From: Patescibacteria group bacterium
Lineage (GTDB): Bacteria > Patescibacteriota > Patescibacteriia > Buchananbacterales > UBA6539
Length of the DNA stretch: 64,000 nucleotides
NCBI GenBank assembly: GCA_041662625.1
Contig: JBAZSB010000003.1
Location: forward strand, 38,552-102,551
Direction of reading: 5' to 3'
Shown here: positions 19,179 to 28,317 of the stretch, piece by piece
Layout of the letters: the number at the start of each line of letters is the position of its first letter
Numbering within the stretch: the first letter of the stretch is position 1
Program-made: the position numbers and the translations under genes
Notes under the pieces: generated by a model
The model's input: the letters and a program-made list of their open reading frames with translations, nothing else
Told to the model about the DNA's origin: nothing
Databases searched by the model: none

Positions 19179-19710
19179 GTCGGTAGAACGGTAGGTCAGT
19201 AGGTTGGTAGAACGGTAGAGAAATTAAGTTCACATACAATCAACATAGCGCGCCTAAATAATAATTTATGAAATTATGGCGTTGCTAGTCGATTATAGAA
19301 AGTTGATTGTTTGGCAAAAGGGAGTAGATTTAGTTGTTGAAGTCTACAAATTAACTGAGTTACTTCCCAAGTCAGAGTTGTACGGTTTAACTTCACAAAT
19401 AAGAAGGTCGGCAGTTTCTATTCCATCAAACATTGCCGAAGGCCGAAGAAGGTGTAGTCTAGCCGAGTATAGACATTTTCTACAAATTGCCTTTGGTTCC
19501 GGTGGCGAATTAGAAACCCAGATAGAAATTTGTAAAAGGCTGCCAGGAATAAAAGAGTTCGACTATAGATCAGTAGATTTGCTGCTTGAAGAAGTAATGA
19601 AAATGCTAAATAAAATGATTAACAATAGACAGGTGGATTAGCAGATAGGTAGAACTATAAGGTTGTTTAATAACCTACTAACCTACCGATCTACAATCCT
19701 ACCGATCTAC
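19179..19710 (+). mobile_element. Four-helix-bundle gene cassette bounded by inverted octamer arrays
   Basis: Left array GTCGGTAG AACGGTAG GTCAGTAG GTTGGTAG AACGGTAG. Right array CTACTAAC CTACCGAT CTACAATC CTACCGAT CTAC. Mobility is inferred, not shown. Confidence 0.65.
19276..19641 (+). CDS. Four helix bundle protein (23S rRNA intervening-sequence protein / bAvd-like family)
   Basis: Family signature LIVWQK...ELYGLTSQIRRSAVSIPSNIAEG...FLQIAFGSGGELETQ. Confidence 0.93.
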   Translation: MALLVDYRKLIVWQKGVDLVVEVYKLTELLPKSELYGLTSQIRRSAVSIPSNIAEGRRRCSLAEYRHFLQIAFGSGGELETQIEICKRLPGIKEFDYRSVDLLLEEVMKMLNKMINNRQVD

Positions 19711-19712
19711 TT

Positions 19713-20855
19713 ATGACTGATCAAAATCAAAACCAAACTGATGATTTTTTCAATCTAATCAAGGAAGAACAGAAGGTTGAAAACCCCTTCGCTAATGATG
19801 AAATTTTATTTCGTGACAAAAGTGGTCAATTGAAGGTTTTAAAAGGTGGGGTAGTTTTGGATTTTGATAAGCAAAAAGTTCCTCAGCCACCAAGCAGTGC
19901 TCAGGTTAGTCCCCAGGTTGCCATACCAGTTAAACCTGTTCAAGTTAAAACCATTGAACCAGTTGAAGAAGAACTTATCAGCAAACCATTGAAGCTTGAC
20001 GAAGAGGTGAAGCGGATAATTGATAAATCCGGAATTCAATTGGAAACAGCTGAGGCGGATCAGCGTTTTAAAAATATTATCACCGCTCGACTCAAAGATA
20101 TTAGAGATCAAGTTCAAACCAGAGATATGCTTTTGAGTTCACCTTTGGTCGGTGGCATGGGGTTTGATTCACAAAAAGCTGATTCTATCTTAGCCATTAT
20201 TAATCAGGAGTTTGATGATTTGCATAGTCAGTTGAGGCAGTCGGTTAGTAATGAGCCGTTTTCTGATCTTAAAACCGAAGCGAAAAAACTTCTTGAAGAA
20301 CCGCTGGTTGAACCACCGGAAATAGTTTTCCAGCCGGCAGGGGCCCCAGAAGCTTCTGCGTCCGCCCAGACTCAACCAAAGATAGCACCAGTGATGGAAA
20401 CGAAAACTGAAGTTGTAATTAAAGAGCCAGTTGAATTTGAACCAGTGCCAGAAAGAGTCAGCATCAGTCGGCCGTTAGTGAGTCGAGATGAAACCAAGCC
20501 AAAAATTGAAGATGTTAAATTCCAACCGCGTTTAACTGGCCCAGTTGAAGAAATTAGATCAATGACGTTGACGGATTTCCGTCGCCTCGGAACAACGCCC
20601 CAGGAGGCCATTGAAAAGATTTTAGCCAAAATTGAGCTTTTGGAAGAAGAATCATTTACGCGAAAAGTTGAAGCTATCAGAGCTTGGAAGGAAAATGAAA
20701 TTCAGCAACTTTATCTTGAATTAGGGGATCAGAGTATGGAAGAGAAAAGACCAATTGCCGAAATTATCAATCGGCGAGCGCAAGAAAATATTCCCACTTT
20801 AAGCCAAGAGGAAGTTGAATCCATCATTGAATTAAATCAGAGGTTAAGATATTAA
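19713..20855 (+). CDS. Hypothetical protein (Pro/Glu-rich linkers, helical C-terminal domain)
   Basis: 380-aa ORF directly upstream of prgI. Confidence 0.75.
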   Translation: MTDQNQNQTDDFFNLIKEEQKVENPFANDEILFRDKSGQLKVLKGGVVLDFDKQKVPQPPSSAQVSPQVAIPVKPVQVKTIEPVEEELISKPLKLDEEVKRIIDKSGIQLETAEADQRFKNIITARLKDIRDQVQTRDMLLSSPLVGGMGFDSQKADSILAIINQEFDDLHSQLRQSVSNEPFSDLKTEAKKLLEEPLVEPPEIVFQPAGAPEASASAQTQPKIAPVMETKTEVVIKEPVEFEPVPERVSISRPLVSRDETKPKIEDVKFQPRLTGPVEEIRSMTLTDFRRLGTTPQEAIEKILAKIELLEEESFTRKVEAIRAWKENEIQQLYLELGDQSMEEKRPIAEIINRRAQENIPTLSQEEVESIIELNQRLRY

Positions 20856-20857
20856 AA

Positions 20858-20942
20858 TAACAATTGACAATTAACTTTTAACAAAAAATGTGTTGGCAAT
20901 CATCAGTAGTTAATTGTTAATGGTTAACTGCTAACAGTTTAA
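20858..20942. repeat. Inverted heptamer arrays (empty element)
   Basis: TAACAAT TGACAAT TAACTTT TAACAAA ... AGTTAAT TGTTAAT GGTTAAC TGCTAAC AGTTTAA. Fills the spacer between the stop at 20855 and the ATG at 20945. Confidence 0.8.
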
Positions 20943-20944
20943 TT

Positions 20945-21406
20945 ATGCAGCAATTCGTCGTGCCACAATTTATCGATGTTGAAGATAAGGTCATCGGGCC
21001 AATTACGGTCCGGCAGTTTATTATTTTGTTAGTTGGCGGTGGTTTTATTTTTATTGCTTACAAATTATCTGATTTTACTTTATTTTTAGTAGAATTTATA
21101 TTTATTTTAGCTTTGACTGTTGGTATTGCCTTTATCAAAATTAATGGTCGACCGATTCATTATTTTTTTCTTAATGTTATCCAGACTTCAAAACGGGCAA
21201 AACTGAGAATTTGGCAAAAGATATTTTCTAATGCCGAACTTAAAGTTTATAGTAAAGTCGAAGTGCCTAAACTCCCGCCGCAAATTAGAACTAAAAACCG
21301 GGTGCGAGCTTCTCGGTTGGCCGAAATGTCTTTAATTGTTGATACCGGTGGTGTTTATCAAGGTGAGAAGGAGCCGCCGAGCAGCACGCCATTAGAAATT
21401 TATTAG
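20945..21406 (+). CDS. PrgI family (VirB3-like) membrane protein
   Basis: MQQFVVPQFIDVEDKVIGPITVRQF N-terminus, two TM helices, and a KINGRP motif. Confidence 0.85.
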   Translation: MQQFVVPQFIDVEDKVIGPITVRQFIILLVGGGFIFIAYKLSDFTLFLVEFIFILALTVGIAFIKINGRPIHYFFLNVIQTSKRAKLRIWQKIFSNAELKVYSKVEVPKLPPQIRTKNRVRASRLAEMSLIVDTGGVYQGEKEPPSSTPLEIY

Positions 21407-21413
21407 TTTAATT

Positions 21414-22094
21414 ATGAAATCAAAAAAATTGGCCAATAAAAAAATTAGTGCCGTTACTCAACATTATCTTGATATTGCTGAAATTAAAGAAGATACGGTA
21501 GTCTTGAAAGATGGTACTTTGCGCGCAGTGCTTTTGGTTTCTAGCCTTAATTTTTCTTTAAAATCTGAAGAGGAGCAAGAAGCAATTATTTCCGCTTATG
21601 TCAGCTTTTTGAATTTTTTGGAATTTCCTTTACAAATTGTAATCCAATCAAGAAAATTAGATATTGATGGCTATTTGGGTCGCTTAAAGAAAATTGAGAA
21701 AGAGCAGACCAATGAATTATTAAGAATGCAGACTGCCGAATATCGTCAATATATTAGTGAGCTTGTTGAAATGGGTGATATTATGAATAAGCGATTTTAT
21801 ATTGTTGTCCCTTATGACCCTCTTACTGACAAGCAGAAATCTTGGTTTCGTCGTTTTATCAGTTTATTTACCGCTGCCAAGGAAGTCAAATTGAGTCAAC
21901 AAGCTTTTATGAAACGGCGCCGTGATTTGTTTCAGCGAGTTGAGCATGTTGTTACTGGACTAGCCTCAATGAGTTTGAAATCAGTGGTGTTAGACACTCA
22001 AAGTTTGATTGAACTTTATTATAATACTTATAATCCGGATGTTTATAATCAAGAAAAGTTAGTTGAATTAAACAAAATCCAAGTCGAAGAATAA
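21414..22094 (+). CDS. TraC/VirB4 N-terminal-like accessory protein
   Basis: VSSLNFSLKSEEEQEAII...FLNFLEFPLQIVIQSR. Lies between PrgI and the VirB4-like ATPase. Confidence 0.65.
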   Translation: MKSKKLANKKISAVTQHYLDIAEIKEDTVVLKDGTLRAVLLVSSLNFSLKSEEEQEAIISAYVSFLNFLEFPLQIVIQSRKLDIDGYLGRLKKIEKEQTNELLRMQTAEYRQYISELVEMGDIMNKRFYIVVPYDPLTDKQKSWFRRFISLFTAAKEVKLSQQAFMKRRRDLFQRVEHVVTGLASMSLKSVVLDTQSLIELYYNTYNPDVYNQEKLVELNKIQVEE

Positions 22095-22097
22095 AAT

Positions 22098-24029
22098 ATG
22101 GCTATTAAACCACAAGAAGTAATCAGAGATGAAAAGTTGGCGGCTTTGCCAATGGAGGAAAAACTGACGCCTGAGCAAAAAAAGAAAAAAGAAGAATCGG
22201 AATTAACGGTGGCTAAAACTGTTCTGGAAGAAGAGCGCATTTATCGTGAGGGAGTTATTTCGATAAAAGATCTAATTGCTCCTGCTGCCATGGAGGTAAC
22301 GCCGACCTTTCTTAAGCTGGGCAATAGGTATGTCCGGACCATTTTTGTTGTCGGCTATCCCCGTTATATTGCTGTTGGCTGGTTTGCCCCGATTATCAAC
22401 TTGAGTGTTGCTTTAGATATTGCCATGTTTTTCTATCCGGTTAAGTCTGATATTATTTTGAAGCAGTTAAAAAATAAAGTTGGTGCTTTAGAAGCTCAGA
22501 TATTGGCTGATCGGGAAAAGGGTGCGCCACGTGATCCAATTCGTGAGACTGCCTTAAGGGACATTGAAAAATTAAGAGATGACTTGACTCAAGGTGTGGA
22601 ACACTTTTTTCAATTTGGTCTTTATGTCACTATTTATTCTGAAGATAAGGAAAAACTTGACAATTTAACTGGTGATATCGAATCTTTGTTTGGTTCGCGG
22701 CTGGTTTTTTCAAAAAAAGTTCTCTATCAGGCTGAGCAAGGATTTAATTCGACTTTACCTTTAGGTAATGATGAATTGATGATTAGTTTTAATATGAATT
22801 CTTCGCCAGTAGCGTCTTCTTTCCCTTTTATTTCTTCTGAATTAACTTCTGATGAAGGAATTTTGTATGGGATTAACCGGCATAATAACAGTTTAATTTT
22901 ATTTGATCGGTTTTCCCTGCAGAATGCTAATACTGTTGTTTTTGCCACTTCCGGAGCGGGTAAAAGTTATACCATTAAACTTGAGGTTTTAAGAACGATG
23001 ATGCTGGGGACCGATGTGATTGTGATTGACCCGGAGCGGGAATATAAACATCTTTGCGATGCAGTTGGCGGTACTTACGTTAATATTTCCTTAAGTTCTG
23101 AGAGTAAAATTAATCCTTTCGATTTACCGCGCGCCGTTGGTGAGCAGCGGCCGGCCGATATAATTCGCGGATCGGTCATTACCCTTAAAGGTTTAGTCAG
23201 ATTGATGTTAGGCCAACTTACTCATCAAGAGGATTCATTAGTTGATCGGGCTTTACTCGAGACTTATGCGAAAAAAGATATTACTGCTGACTCTGATCTA
23301 GCTAAAATTGAAGCACCAATCATGCAGGATTTTCAGGATATTTTAGACGGCATGGAAGGCGGAGCTGATTTAGCCTTACGTTTAAAGAAATACACGCAAG
23401 GGACCTTTGCTGGTTTATTTAATAATCCGACCAATGTGGATATGAAAAATCAGCTCGTGGTTTTTTCAGTCAGGGATTTAGAAGATGAGTTAAGGCCGAT
23501 GGCAATTTATACGATTGTTAACTACATCTGGAACGTAGTCAGATCGCAGCTCAAGAAAAGGATTCTGATTATTGATGAGGCTTGGTGGTTAATGCAAAAC
23601 GAAGATTCAGCCAAATTTATTTGTGCCCTAGTCAAGCGTTGCCGTAAGTATTATTTAGGGGTAACTAATATTACTCAAGATGTCAATGATTTTTTGCTTT
23701 CCCCTTATGGTCAGGCCATAGTTAATAATTCAGCCATGCAACTTTTAATGCGTCAATCGCCAGCGGCAATTAATTTGGTTCAAAAAACTTTTATCTTAAC
23801 TGAAGGCGAAAAATACTTATTGCTCGAATGTGGCGTTGGCGAAGGAATATTTTTTGCCGGTGACAAACATGCGGCAATTAAAGTCGTTGCTTCTTATACC
23901 GAAGATCAGTTAATTACTTCTGACCCGCGCCAAATTTTGGAAATTGAGGAAGCAAAAAAAGAATTTGACCGGGTAATGGCCGGTCAAATTGATCAACCAG
24001 AATCAGAAGTAGAAGCAGAGACTGTCTAA
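22098..24029 (+). CDS. VirB4/TraC-like P-loop ATPase
   Basis: Walker A ATSGAGKS, VIDPEREY, INPFD, Walker B ILIIDEAW, and KRCRKY...ITQ. Confidence 0.9.
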   Translation: MAIKPQEVIRDEKLAALPMEEKLTPEQKKKKEESELTVAKTVLEEERIYREGVISIKDLIAPAAMEVTPTFLKLGNRYVRTIFVVGYPRYIAVGWFAPIINLSVALDIAMFFYPVKSDIILKQLKNKVGALEAQILADREKGAPRDPIRETALRDIEKLRDDLTQGVEHFFQFGLYVTIYSEDKEKLDNLTGDIESLFGSRLVFSKKVLYQAEQGFNSTLPLGNDELMISFNMNSSPVASSFPFISSELTSDEGILYGINRHNNSLILFDRFSLQNANTVVFATSGAGKSYTIKLEVLRTMMLGTDVIVIDPEREYKHLCDAVGGTYVNISLSSESKINPFDLPRAVGEQRPADIIRGSVITLKGLVRLMLGQLTHQEDSLVDRALLETYAKKDITADSDLAKIEAPIMQDFQDILDGMEGGADLALRLKKYTQGTFAGLFNNPTNVDMKNQLVVFSVRDLEDELRPMAIYTIVNYIWNVVRSQLKKRILIIDEAWWLMQNEDSAKFICALVKRCRKYYLGVTNITQDVNDFLLSPYGQAIVNNSAMQLLMRQSPAAINLVQKTFILTEGEKYLLLECGVGEGIFFAGDKHAAIKVVASYTEDQLITSDPRQILEIEEAKKEFDRVMAGQIDQPESEVEAETV

Positions 24030-24056
24030 AAAATTTAAAGATTAATTATTAATTAT

Positions 24057-24647
24057 ATGAGTCGACGCAATAAAATAATTATCATCGTGGTGGTGGCAGT
24101 AGTTGTTTTATTATTAATAATAATATTTGTCTGGTGGCTGGGTCAAAGACAAAAATCAATCAGTCCGGGAGAAACAAATGCCAATGTGGGCCTTAATATT
24201 CCAGCAGGACTGCCGTCAGCCTCCACTGGCTTGACCAATCAGATTGAGCCAACTGCTTCCGAACCAAATCTAGAAGCTAGCCTCAAGGCCATTGCCTCAA
24301 CTTTTGCTGAACGGTTTGGTAGTTATTCTAATCAAGGGAATTTTTCTAATCTTGATGACCTGAAGGATCTAATGACTGTAAGAATGAAGAGTGCAATTGG
24401 TGATTATAAGGCCGATCAACAAGCTTCGATGGGCGGCACTGGCTACTATGGTGTTACAACTAAGGCAATTTCGCCACAAATTACTAATTTTGAAGAAAGT
24501 TTAGGCCGAGCCGAAATAATAGTTAAAACCCAAAGGCAAGAATCTTTCGGTAATACAACTAATCCTAAAGTTTTCTACCAAGATTTGAAACTAAATTTGG
24601 TCAAGACTGAGGCGGGTTGGAAAGTTGACGTCGCGCAGTGGCAGTAG
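24057..24647 (+). CDS. Bitopic membrane protein, possibly VirB8/TcpC-like
   Basis: N-terminal TM helix, FAERFGSYS, and C-terminal LVKTEAGWKVD typical of NTF2-like folds. Follows VirB4. Confidence 0.55.
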   Translation: MSRRNKIIIIVVVAVVVLLLIIIFVWWLGQRQKSISPGETNANVGLNIPAGLPSASTGLTNQIEPTASEPNLEASLKAIASTFAERFGSYSNQGNFSNLDDLKDLMTVRMKSAIGDYKADQQASMGGTGYYGVTTKAISPQITNFEESLGRAEIIVKTQRQESFGNTTNPKVFYQDLKLNLVKTEAGWKVDVAQWQ

Positions 24648-24736
24648 TAAAATGGTACTACTAATTATAAACCACTAAGGGCGGGGAAGTGGTATAAAAT
24701 CAACATAGCGCTGCTTAAGATTAAAGTTAACAAGCT

Positions 24737-25399
24737 ATGTTCGATTTCAAGAAGTTATTTATTGATTTACTTTTCCCGATTGAATGTTTAGGCTGTGGTG
24801 AAAAAGAGCATTGGCTTTGCCCCGCCTGCTCAGCAAAAATTGAAATCAAGTTTAAAAACCAGCCGGAAATATTTGCCCCAAATCAGAGTTTAACCGGAGT
24901 TTGGTTAGCTGCTGATTATCGTCAGCCGCTTTTAATTAAAGTTTTGCATACTTTTAAATATAGCTTTGTTGTCTGTCTGGGTCAGGATTTAGCTGAGGTT
25001 TTAATCAGATTTTTGTCATTTAAAATCAAACAAAAAGAAATTTCTGGCTTTGATTTAGTCATTGCTATCCCATTAGCAAAACGAAGGCGACTTTGGCGAG
25101 GCTTTAATCAGGCGGAAATTTTGGCTGCTGAAATCAGTCGGCATTTTAGTTGGTCGAACAAATCAGATTTACTTTTTCGAAAGTATTATAACCGGCCTCA
25201 GGTTGGCTTGAAAGCCGTTGACCGGATCATTAATGTAAAAGGAATTTTCTGTGTTCAGCGTAGTGATTTATTAAAAAACAAGAAGGTTCTATTGATTGAT
25301 GACGTGGTCACTACCGGTGCCACGATGCAGGAATGTGCTAAAGTGATTAAAGAGGCTGGCGCCAAGGAAATTTGGGGATTAGCCGTGGCGCGTGGTTAA
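24737..25399 (+). CDS. comF: ComF family competence protein (Zn finger plus PRTase domain)
   Basis: DLLFPIECLGC...CPAC, RGFNQAE and VLLIDDVVTTGATM motifs. Confidence 0.93.
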   Translation: MFDFKKLFIDLLFPIECLGCGEKEHWLCPACSAKIEIKFKNQPEIFAPNQSLTGVWLAADYRQPLLIKVLHTFKYSFVVCLGQDLAEVLIRFLSFKIKQKEISGFDLVIAIPLAKRRRLWRGFNQAEILAAEISRHFSWSNKSDLLFRKYYNRPQVGLKAVDRIINVKGIFCVQRSDLLKNKKVLLIDDVVTTGATMQECAKVIKEAGAKEIWGLAVARG

Positions 25400-25403
25400 A
25401 CTC

Positions 25404-25432
25404 TTTACAGAAATGGTTTGTGGTGATATAAT
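25404..25432 (+). promoter_or_regulatory. Sigma70-type promoter for tRNA-Ser
   Basis: TTTACA, 17 bp spacer, TGaTATAAT. Confidence 0.65.
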
Positions 25433-25446
25433 ATCAAGGTTTTTAA

Positions 25447-25533
25447 GGAGAGGTGCCGGAGTGGTCGAACGGGACTCACTGCTAACGAGTTATCCCTTAA
25501 CCGGGATCGCGGGTTCGAATCCCGCCCTCTCCG
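25447..25533 (+). tRNA. tRNA-Ser(GCT)
   Basis: GGAGAGG/CCTCTCC acceptor stem, anticodon loop CT-GCT-AA, long variable arm, GGTTCGAATCC T-arm. CCA is not encoded. Confidence 0.93.
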
Positions 25534-25548
25534 TATTAAATAAAATCT

Positions 25549-26073
25549 ATGGCTAATATTCAAGAAGAAAAATCAAAAGAAAAAAAGGCGGAAGAAAGCC
25601 CAGATTACGGTGAGATTTTTTTCAGTTGGAAATTTTCCGAATTTCCTCAATATCAAAGAGAAAGAAAATGGTATGTTTGGGGTACAATTGTTGTAATCAT
25701 ATTACTCATCTACTCTTTTTTAACAATCAATTTCTTGTTTGGGTTAATTACCATAATGGCGGCTTTAATTATTTTGTTATTCCAGCGTAATAATAGTGAA
25801 GTTGAATTTAAAATTACCGAAGATGGTATTTTGGTTAATAAAAAGATTTTTGACTATAAAAATCTCAAAAATTTTTATATTATTTATAATCCGCCCGAAG
25901 TTAAAACTTTATATTTTGAGCCTAAAAGCATCTTCAATCCCCGGATACCAATCGCTTTAGAAAAACAAAATCCTGTTGCTATTCGCGAAGTTCTCCGCCA
26001 ATATCTTGAAGAAGATTTAGACCGAGAAGATGAGCCAGTGTCCGAGCAAATCTCTCGAATTTTTAAGCTGTAG
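25549..26073 (+). CDS. Two-TM membrane protein with soluble C-terminal domain (DUF5673-like)
   Basis: ERKWYVWG followed by two TM helices and an FKITEDGILVN segment. Confidence 0.7.
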   Translation: MANIQEEKSKEKKAEESPDYGEIFFSWKFSEFPQYQRERKWYVWGTIVVIILLIYSFLTINFLFGLITIMAALIILLFQRNNSEVEFKITEDGILVNKKIFDYKNLKNFYIIYNPPEVKTLYFEPKSIFNPRIPIALEKQNPVAIREVLRQYLEEDLDREDEPVSEQISRIFKL

Positions 26074-26085
26074 TTGATTTACTTT

Positions 26086-26162
26086 GTCCCTGTAGCTCAA
26101 CTGGATAGAGCATCACCTTGCGGAGGTGGGGGTTGCAGGTTCAAATCCTGCCAGGGACGCCA
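26086..26162 (+). tRNA. tRNA-Arg(GCG)
   Basis: GTCCCTG/CAGGGAC acceptor stem, anticodon arm TCACC-TT-GCG-GA-GGTGG, GGTTCAAATCC T-arm, ends GCCA. Confidence 0.93.
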
Positions 26163-26175
26163 ATAAACAAAAAAA

Positions 26176-28240
26176 ATGAAAATAGCATTATCTACCCCAG
26201 TTTCAGAAATTAGCCGAGTGGGGAAAACGACCGCCATTCGTTTAAAAAAATTAGGCATTGAGACCGCTTCTGATCTCATTTTTTATTATCCTTTTCGTTG
26301 GGAAGATTTTAGTCAGATTTCGGAAATTGCTGAACTTACTCCCAGCTCAATTGTAACAATTCGGGGCAAAATTCAGCTGATAAAAAATCGTCGGAGTCCG
26401 GTAAAAAGAAAATTTTTAACCGAAGCTTTGGTGGCTGATAAAACCGGTTCAATTAAAGTTATTTGGTTTAATCAGCCATTTTTAGCCGAAGTTTTAAACC
26501 CGGGTGAGTTGGTTTATCTGTCCGGTAAAGTTGATTTTGACCGTTATACCATGCAATTGATTAATCCGGTTTATGAAAAAGTTACTAAAGGAACTACGAC
26601 TCATACGGCCCGGCTAGTGCCAATTTATTCATTAACTAGTAATTTAACCGAAAAACAAATTCGTTTTTTGATTAAATCAGTTTTGCCTGTGGCTAAATTA
26701 ATTAAAGATTGGTTACCCGAGTCAGTTATTAAAAATAATAATTTGATTAATTTAACTTTAGCTTTAAATCAAATTCATTTTCCGGCCGATCAAAAAATAT
26801 TAGCTCAGGCAATTCAGCGGCTTAAATTTGATGAACTATTTTTATTTCAGTTGCAGATCGTTTTAAGTCGGATTGAGATGAGCTCCAGTATCGCTGAACC
26901 AATAAATTTTTTTGAGGCCAAAACCAAAGAATTCGTCAGTTCTTTACCTTTTCGCTTAACTGATGATCAAAAAAAAATAAGCTTGGCAAATTATTTCTGA
27001 TTTACAAAAAAATAAGCCAATGAATCGTTTACTCGAAGGCGAAGTCGGTTCAGGTAAAACAATGGTGGCAACTTTAGCTATGTTTAATGTTAGCTTAGCT
27101 AATTTACAAACGGTTTTAATGGCGCCAACTGAAATTTTGGCCGCCCAACATTATAAAACTATTAGTAGCCTACTTAAGGCAAGTGGAGTCAAAGTTGCTC
27201 TTTTAACCCGATCGCAGCAAAAAATTAATGACCAAACAGTGACCAATCATAAAATTTTAGATCAGCTTTTGGCCGGAGAGATTAAAATAATTGTTGGCAC
27301 CCATGCCTTGATTCAAGAAAGAGTCGAATTTAAAAAACTTGCTTTAGCGATCATTGATGAGCAGCATCGCTTTGGAGTGGAGCAGCGAAAATTATTAAGA
27401 GAAAAATCAGGCGATCCAAAAATTACCCCTCATTTACTTTCAATGACCGCTACCCCCATTCCGCGATCTTTAGCTTTGACTTTGTATGGTGATTTAGATT
27501 TATCGATTATTAAAGAAATGCCAAAAGAACGAAAGAAAGTAATTACCGAAATTGTTGACCCAGCCAAACGTCAGCAGACTTATAATTTTATCCGTGATCA
27601 AATCCGTGATGGTCGTCAGGCGTTTGTTATTTGTCCTTTAATTGACCTTTCAGATAAATTAGGTGTTAAGGCCGTGACTGAAGAATATGAGAAGTTAACC
27701 AAGGAAGTTTTTCCGGAATTAAAAATTGCGATGCTCCATGGTAAATTAAAGGCTGCCCAAAAAGAAAAAATAATGGCTGATTTTTTGGCTAAACAAAGCG
27801 ATATTTTAGTCTCAACTTCAGTGGTTGAGGTCGGAGTTGACGTTCCTAATGCCAGCGTGATGTTAATTGAGGGCGCGGATCGGTTTGGTCTGGCTCAGCT
27901 TCACCAATTTCGCGGTCGGGTCGGGAGAAGCAACTTCCAATCTTATTGTTTTCTTTTTTCTGATAACCCAAGTCAAAAAACTAAAACTCGTCTCCAAGCT
28001 TTAATCTCAGCTAAAGATGGCTTTGAATTAGCCGAACTTGATTTACAACTGCGGGGGCCAGGCGAAATTTATGGTACGGTTCAATCTGGTCTGCCAGTTT
28101 TTAGAATTGCTCAATTATCTGATCATGAATTGATTGTTAAAACCAAAAATGCGGCTGAGCTGGTGGCACCGCATTTGGAAAAATATCCAATTTTGCAGGA
28201 GAAAATTAATCAGTTAATCAAAGAAGTACATTTAGAATAA
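26176..28240 (+). pseudogene. recG: ATP-dependent DNA helicase RecG, split by a 1-nt frameshift at about 26978-26980
   Basis: 5' ORF 26176-27000 has the wedge/OB domain (WFNQPF, RLKFDELF, LPFRLT). 3' ORF 27020-28240 has MNRLLEGEVGSGKT, DEQHRFGV and QFRGRVGR. The linker AWQIISDLQKNKP continues in the +1 frame from 26981. May be an assembly error. Confidence 0.85.
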
Positions 28241-28248
28241 CCAATTGA

Positions 28249-28317
28249 ATAGAGTGATAGAGCGATAAAGTAATAAAGTCTACTTCTTTATCGCTCTATC
28301 ACTCTATCGCTTTGTCA
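28249..28317. repeat. Inverted octamer arrays between convergent recG and mpg
   Basis: ATAGAGTG ATAGAGCG ATAAAGTA ATAAAGTC ... CTTTATCG CTCTATCA CTCTATCG CTTTGTCA. The right array supplies the mpg stop codon. Confidence 0.85.

Noticed and set aside
19276-19641. Diversity-generating retroelement suggested by Avd-like four-helix-bundle genes
   Set aside because: There is no reverse transcriptase in the window and no TR/VR pair differing only at adenines. The long repeats found (134 bp, 51 bp) are exact.
26969-26977. Programmed slippage or phase variation at the recG A9 tract
   Set aside because: Changing the A-run length to reach the downstream frame places TAA (26978-26980) in frame, so slippage cannot restore the protein.
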